Assembly (NCBI GenBank): GCA_033762115.1
Contig: JANRLX010000067.1
Coordinates: forward strand, 33,189-97,188
Direction: 5' to 3'
Source: Verrucomicrobiota bacterium
GTDB taxonomy: Bacteria; Verrucomicrobiota; Verrucomicrobiia; Limisphaerales; SXQI01
DNA: 64,000 nt
A model generated the notes under the pieces. It was not told where the DNA came from, did no database searches, and worked only from the letters and a program-made list of their open reading frames with translations. Position numbers and translations under genes: made by a program. Each line of letters starts with the position of its first letter. Within the stretch, counting starts at the first letter, position 1. Positions 60,301-64,000 of the stretch are shown in pieces.

Positions 60301-62408
60301 GCTCGCGCCCCATCGTCATCGAGCGTAATCACCGCGCTGCGCCGGTTGATTTGAACAAACTCAACCTCGGGCGTTTTGATGGAAGCACACTGGAAATCGG
60401 GCCCGGCGAAGTGTGGCGAATCTCAACGACGCCTTTGGTAAAACGCAGCGATATCGAATATTTTTCCAACTCGGTCCGGGGTCTGTTTGTCGATTTCGAC
60501 GATGAATACAGCTCCGTTCCGGGTTCCACTTTCTCATTCCTGGCCGAGGCTGCGCATCCATCCAAGGCGGAGGCGCTCAGATTGGGGTCGGCGGAAACGA
60601 CCGATCTCACCCGAAGGGCCCTCGAGATTTTGCCTTCCAAGGAGCAAATCTTTGACTCTTTACTATTGCTGTCTTCGGCAGAGGGCGGCTGGCGGGTTAA
60701 AATCGCCGTTGATCCAACATTGAATTCGAGGCCCGACCGGGGTTGGGCGTTCGTCGGTCGCGTCGAGGCGAATCTTCAATCATGGCGCTGGAACGGCATC
60801 CCTCCGTGGAGCCCGCATATCCTCCTGGACGGGCCGGCTCCCAACCCCCAAATGCCAGCCGCCAAACCCACGAAGCACCCGGGACTTCGTTTGTTCATGG
60901 ACAAGCCTGGCACAAACTTCAAAGCGCCTGCGACGCCAGAAGAGAAGGAATACGTTGCGGCAGAGAAAAGAATATTCGCCACGCGCGAACCTGAAAGTGG
61001 GAACGCTCACGCTAAACCACTCGGATGGCTTCCCGGGCGGGTCGCCGCTCCGAAAGTCAAAAACGCGGAAATTATACTGAATGAAGACAAAGGCAACGAC
61101 GTGAAATTTCCCAACTTCCACAGATGTCAATTGGTCGTTCGCTCGCGATATCATAGCTTGCCCGGCTATGCCGATTTCGAACGGTTGGGCGCCAATTCAG
61201 TGGATGCTGAGCCATGGCGCCGACTCGCAACATTGGCCGCGGGACCAGATCCGTTGCGCGCCCCCCTGGTAAAAATGGTTATTCCTTTGTTCAACTCCAT
61301 TGGCTCGAACCGGCCCGGCTTTTTGGTTCTCACGGGGGATACGTTGCCATCCCCTTTTCACACGCTGACAGCGACCATCGAAGTGGCGCGGGTCAAACGG
61401 CTCACTACCGGAGAAACAATTTGGGCTGCCGAGGCCGGGCCCGATCCGATTCTGGATACAGGCGCCGAACCCGCCGCCTCGAACAGCGATGGCTCTTGCG
61501 TTATCTCGCGGAGTAATCGCGCGGATGATCAACTGCCATCTTGGGCCACTGAACTTCTCGATGCAGACCCGCTCCTGGGACGCGCCGTGGGCCTGACATT
61601 CGAGCGCGAAGCGCTTGATCCAATGTACGCCAACTCGGTTTTCTTGTTTGATTCGCTGCCCCCTTCATTGGACAGCCGCCGGGATAGTGATTGGTTCCTT
61701 AAACTCACTTTCCGTTGGGAAACATCGGTTTCAGACGCCGCTCCCATTGCGCCCACTGGTGAATGGAATGGGAAATGGGCTCAAGTTGACAAAGACGCCG
61801 GCCCGCAATCGGGGCAGTGGCAGGTCCGAATCCTGGCGCCGTTCGACAAGCTGCCCTTTGACGATGCCGGAACGCCCGTCGCGATCAGTGACATCACCTT
61901 CGTCGAAGACGCGGCATCCAAACATGTGAAGTTCTTTGCCAAAGTGAGCGGGGATCAAGTTAAAGAGATAAGCGTTTATTCGCGTTCCAATCCGTGTCAT
62001 CTCGCGCTTCTGTTCATTAGCTTCACTTCGGCGCCTGATTTTTTAAGCGATCGCCCCAGCCACGTGCCGCGCTCTCTGTACTTGCTTGCAAAAGACGGGC
62101 CCAAACTTGTTCACCGGTTCAATTCGCCCGCTGTGGCGCCCAAGTCGCAACCGATGCAAGGCGTCTTTTTGCGCGTCCTGGTTACCTCGCCGACCCCACC
62201 ACCCCCGGGGAGCCCGCAGGCATCCGCCACCGATCGTTTGATGGCTGGAGTTATGAACCTCGATCAATTGATGGCGCGATTCTTCCCAGGCGCGGAAAAG
62301 AGTTTTAGCTCTCGTTTGGGCAGAGATCAGTCAGGCAATCCGGCGCCGTCGTCTGACGCGCAAGCTATGGTGATCCGCGCCTCGGCGCCGATTTCCGGCG
62401 CGGCTTAG
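57366..62408 (+). CDS. Giant hypothetical protein (1680 aa), partner of the upstream giant
   Basis: Uninterrupted 5-kb ORF 17 bp downstream of the 2136-aa ORF; Pro-rich linkers. Confidence 0.85.
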   Translation: MPTIIYHAIAQVLPGGATQGECSFRIFTVSGDATGNEPELPNVHAWQLFTSESQWWSEPDPADPNATGPTLVADAETRPGPAINTHLGRKFSEIAQGLPFKATPQPGMVEEMEVTDASTGPIDTDKSWSSILAGISDHGFPIVQLLGLGCRAGVRPPAVFKAFVLPKLTQSIGWEYINSPAPRIFRFRPEVAPGNTSSFTIILEVELQDLPNETPFLPISGVAATEEEMLSRGGGDWRGELPHTAGRAFDLLRLLASANPQESFKGDAAYTALLALVKRLGWLRVNLGLTGAALAEPGNSPESPFPLMAAQILFGPFCEDQAEQNAVSRLPSLLAAANVTIPGEAKWLECFTRVLKRTVNLQYATVSDFLQGQGAFSTRTADKPGKGELTEALSAIQAALSDDSVLVEIWFELWYETRVPNIENFQPVHRLLEYKTSRDAPLPDATRQHLQDALAASGRGLSARFDDALAGSYWPTIVQALLNGERAAATNPEAPRGLQLRALALASGAAKSFLDLPLSLPAVGGLQPWLADPQAGEAQFVAALRAWIEAGHPAAPPLPAEAEPPPPIPTTEVPLPLQIALADIEMPGAGGGRYNLRGVLIFCRRYPIGQLSKWKAINLGRVFTQLDGQPVTLAGLAAIPVGGTVAHDIPGRVVAYVGSPLGVDLLENEDLDVAVLPARGSLPAPQPVEIHREQLAKRGYFSGWIDEWDSEPGLGYGWTYSFVQSPIYRDGSLHYELLRAEPFTAQDGIPLKSVDAVTALIDEHRAQNESIIQSRNCSRTVGIGELRLFQKWVLAGSAEAEAAGIVGVSGRFIPFFEIPKNDPNPNLIPLSSDVARQGYADQMFDKLDVLILHEGIERFEFFVRPPATSFLDWKSWTRRKLPNDDEWHDHEAEISLARTIIRVLDDPQGYLMDDDEVDLSRVASEPDLLDDRAAIRFLVRVELLYSAEDGFIQKEVSAIHEFDQTINGIAGLESSRRFCSRPIVIERNHRAAPVDLNKLNLGRFDGSTLEIGPGEVWRISTTPLVKRSDIEYFSNSVRGLFVDFDDEYSSVPGSTFSFLAEAAHPSKAEALRLGSAETTDLTRRALEILPSKEQIFDSLLLLSSAEGGWRVKIAVDPTLNSRPDRGWAFVGRVEANLQSWRWNGIPPWSPHILLDGPAPNPQMPAAKPTKHPGLRLFMDKPGTNFKAPATPEEKEYVAAEKRIFATREPESGNAHAKPLGWLPGRVAAPKVKNAEIILNEDKGNDVKFPNFHRCQLVVRSRYHSLPGYADFERLGANSVDAEPWRRLATLAAGPDPLRAPLVKMVIPLFNSIGSNRPGFLVLTGDTLPSPFHTLTATIEVARVKRLTTGETIWAAEAGPDPILDTGAEPAASNSDGSCVISRSNRADDQLPSWATELLDADPLLGRAVGLTFEREALDPMYANSVFLFDSLPPSLDSRRDSDWFLKLTFRWETSVSDAAPIAPTGEWNGKWAQVDKDAGPQSGQWQVRILAPFDKLPFDDAGTPVAISDITFVEDAASKHVKFFAKVSGDQVKEISVYSRSNPCHLALLFISFTSAPDFLSDRPSHVPRSLYLLAKDGPKLVHRFNSPAVAPKSQPMQGVFLRVLVTSPTPPPPGSPQASATDRLMAGVMNLDQLMARFFPGAEKSFSSRLGRDQSGNPAPSSDAQAMVIRASAPISGAA

Positions 62409-62409
62409 A

Positions 62410-63534
62410 CTACGCCATCACGCGGAAAATCTCAGAAGCGCACGCGCTTATCTGCCCGGCGTCGCCCCGCAAAGTTCGGCCGGATTGAAACGCCGCGTTG
62501 GCCGCGAGGCAGGCCCGAGCAGCGGGCGCCACCGTGGCGAAACTGGCTTTAGGCTCGCGTCCATGCGCGATCGCCTCCGCCAGGTCCGCCCAAGCCAGGC
62601 GAGCTAACCTCCGTTCAAAGCAGCCGTTCGGCGAGTTGCCGACCACCGAGCGGCCTCCATCGTTGGGAGTTGCCGCCCAGGCGCCAAACCAATCCAGATA
62701 TACAGTTCCAGCGCTCCCCGTGAACACAACCTCGGCCCGCGAAACGCAGCCGGGCGGCAGTCTTTGCGCAAACAGTTCGACGTTCGTTTCGCCAAATTTG
62801 AATCGGGCCGTTTGGAGAGCAGGGCTCGAGCCGCTTCCAACATAAGACAAGCGATCACCGAATGAATTCACCTCGCTTAGCATATTGCCAGGCGGAAGCG
62901 ACCCGCTGACAAAATCAATCAATCCCTCACCGAAATGGGCTAGTAACCCATTTGTTTTCGCGCCGTGTTGTTGCCACGCTTGTTCCAACGGGGCCGCCAC
63001 CCTGCAGGTGACCGACTTAGTCTGGCCAATCCCGCCCGCTGCTAACAGCGTCGAAAGTTCAGCCAACTCCGGACGAAGGCGCCCTGGCAGAATCGTCTGC
63101 GTCGCCATCCGCATTTTGGCGGCGAGGTTTTGCAGTTGCTCCAATTCACCCATCCTCATGCAAATTGGAGCAGCCAGAAGAACAGCATGATCACTTTCGA
63201 GCGCCTGCACAGCGAGGTCACAGTGCGATTGATCGGGCGTTGCTATCGCCACAACGTCCGCGCGGGTCTTTGGCAAAGCCTCTTGGAAGGTTCCGAAACA
63301 TGGAAAGGCGGCGTCCCGCTCAGCTTCGAGGGCGTGTTCGTCAACAATTCCAGCGCACATTCCGCCCAAGCTCTGAATTTCTTCGCGCAAGATTCGGCCG
63401 TAGCGTCCGTTGCCTACAAGTAAGAATCTAAGAGGCGGATTCGGCAGTCGAGGAGACGCAAGAGCTGCGGTGGACGTCAACAAAGCTGAAATCTTTAGAA
63501 ACTCCCTCCGAGAGAAAACGGTACGAGTGGACAT
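62410..63534 (-). CDS. Tat-exported Gfo/Idh/MocA-family oxidoreductase-like protein
   Basis: SRREFLK twin-arginine signal, LLVGNGRYG, DVVAIATPDQSH. Confidence 0.85.
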   Translation of the reverse strand: MSTRTVFSRREFLKISALLTSTAALASPRLPNPPLRFLLVGNGRYGRILREEIQSLGGMCAGIVDEHALEAERDAAFPCFGTFQEALPKTRADVVAIATPDQSHCDLAVQALESDHAVLLAAPICMRMGELEQLQNLAAKMRMATQTILPGRLRPELAELSTLLAAGGIGQTKSVTCRVAAPLEQAWQQHGAKTNGLLAHFGEGLIDFVSGSLPPGNMLSEVNSFGDRLSYVGSGSSPALQTARFKFGETNVELFAQRLPPGCVSRAEVVFTGSAGTVYLDWFGAWAATPNDGGRSVVGNSPNGCFERRLARLAWADLAEAIAHGREPKASFATVAPAARACLAANAAFQSGRTLRGDAGQISACASEIFRVMA

Positions 63535-63579
63535 GGGTGAACGGTAACGAAATCCACAATTGTCGCAAGACTGGCGAGT

Positions 63580-63642
63580 TCAAGAAACAAAGTTTAGGAA
63601 CGGGCTCAGGAAAGTGTTGTGGATTGTGAACGATAGTTTCAT
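63580..63642 (-). pseudogene. Vestigial relaxase 5' stub (MKLSFTI..., stop after 20 codons)
   Basis: Start codon 23 nt from repeat copy 2, the same offset as the intact relaxase (MKPVLTI). Confidence 0.55.
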
Positions 63643-63664
63643 GATACTATTTTCCGTCCAAAAA

Positions 63665-63692
63665 CTTGTACCGGCAGCGTTACAGCTTTACG
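63665..63692. repeat. 28-bp direct repeat, copy 2; candidate oriT core
   Basis: Identical to 49901-49928; flanking GGGCRTGAACAGAAC is also shared. Confidence 0.85.
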
Positions 63693-63716
63693 CACGGGGG
63701 TGCCTAAATTTGGGGC

Positions 63717-63959
63717 GTGAACAGAACGGGAGAGAATGAGCGATTTAAAAGGGACGCTTTACCTCTAACTGTCGTTAGAAAGGTTGTCTCCGATGATAAT
63801 CCGAAACTCATTCGTTTTCATGGCGAAAGCGTTCTGAGAACCATCCGATCCATTATCCGAAAAATATCCGATTTTTATCCGACGAATCATCGAAATATTG
63901 TTATTTCCCGCACGATTCTTGGCGCGAGCGCGTCCGACTTTTATCTGAATCAATTATGA
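63717..63959 (+). CDS. Small hypothetical protein (MNRT...)
   Basis: 80-aa ORF divergent from repeat copy 2; its stop overlaps (ATGA) a next ORF starting at 63956. Confidence 0.4.
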   Translation: MNRTGENERFKRDALPLTVVRKVVSDDNPKLIRFHGESVLRTIRSIIRKISDFYPTNHRNIVISRTILGASASDFYLNQL

Positions 63960-64000
63960 CTCCGGATGCGGCAATGGACAAAGCGGAAAAGCAGTTTTCG
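63956..64000 (+). CDS. Start of an ORF running off the window (MTPDAAMDKAEKQFS)
   Basis: ATGA overlap with the previous ORF; open to the window edge. Confidence 0.35.
   Translation, partial: MTPDAAMDKAEKQFS

Larger units (their letters stand above)
23608..64000. mobile_element. tRNA-Ser-associated genomic island, probable integrative mobilisable element (right end not in window)
   Basis: Abrupt switch from core genes to integrase plus hypothetical cargo; MOBF relaxase inside; no second att copy seen. Confidence 0.8.

Noticed and set aside
63642..63650. TGATACTAT identical to 23677-23685, a possible right island end
   Set aside because: Only 9 bp, no tRNA fragment nearby, and it lies inside the oriT-like homology.
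1..64000. CRISPR array, rRNA, IS transposase, phage structural genes
   Set aside because: No regularly spaced repeats or recognisable motifs seen by eye.

Overview
Bacterial window whose gene style suggests Verrucomicrobiota (inferred, not verified). Bases 1-23.6 kb are core genome: partial clpB, a DUF2723/TPR-GT4-WecA-methyltransferase envelope operon, lacI-type regulator, nadK, tlyA, two PilT-family ATPases, a MidA-like methyltransferase, pdxH, rhodanese, trxB, a PAS hybrid histidine kinase, ftsK, a molybdopterin oxidoreductase and tRNA-Ser(CGA). From 23.6 kb to the window end lies a genomic island of more than 40 kb. It begins at the 5' side of the tRNA and carries a tyrosine integrase and a MOBF (TrwC-like) relaxase but no visible T4SS, so it is probably an integrative mobilisable element. 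Cargo: (i) a split, degenerate tubulin/FtsZ-like module with an FHA-like membrane partner; (ii) a five-gene operon of degenerate histidine-kinase and receiver proteins around a DUF3800-like putative nuclease; (iii) a radical SAM gene inside a Dpp/Opp ABC operon; (iv) an MCE-DUF3232-M48 operon; (v) a ~13.7-kb cassette holding a secreted His/Cys protein, two giant unknown proteins (2136 and 1680 aa) and a Tat pseudo-oxidoreductase. The cassette is bracketed by two direct copies of the relaxase-upstream region, with reciprocal gene stubs suggesting relaxase/oriT-mediated capture. Family assignments come from motif recognition by eye; no database searches were run.
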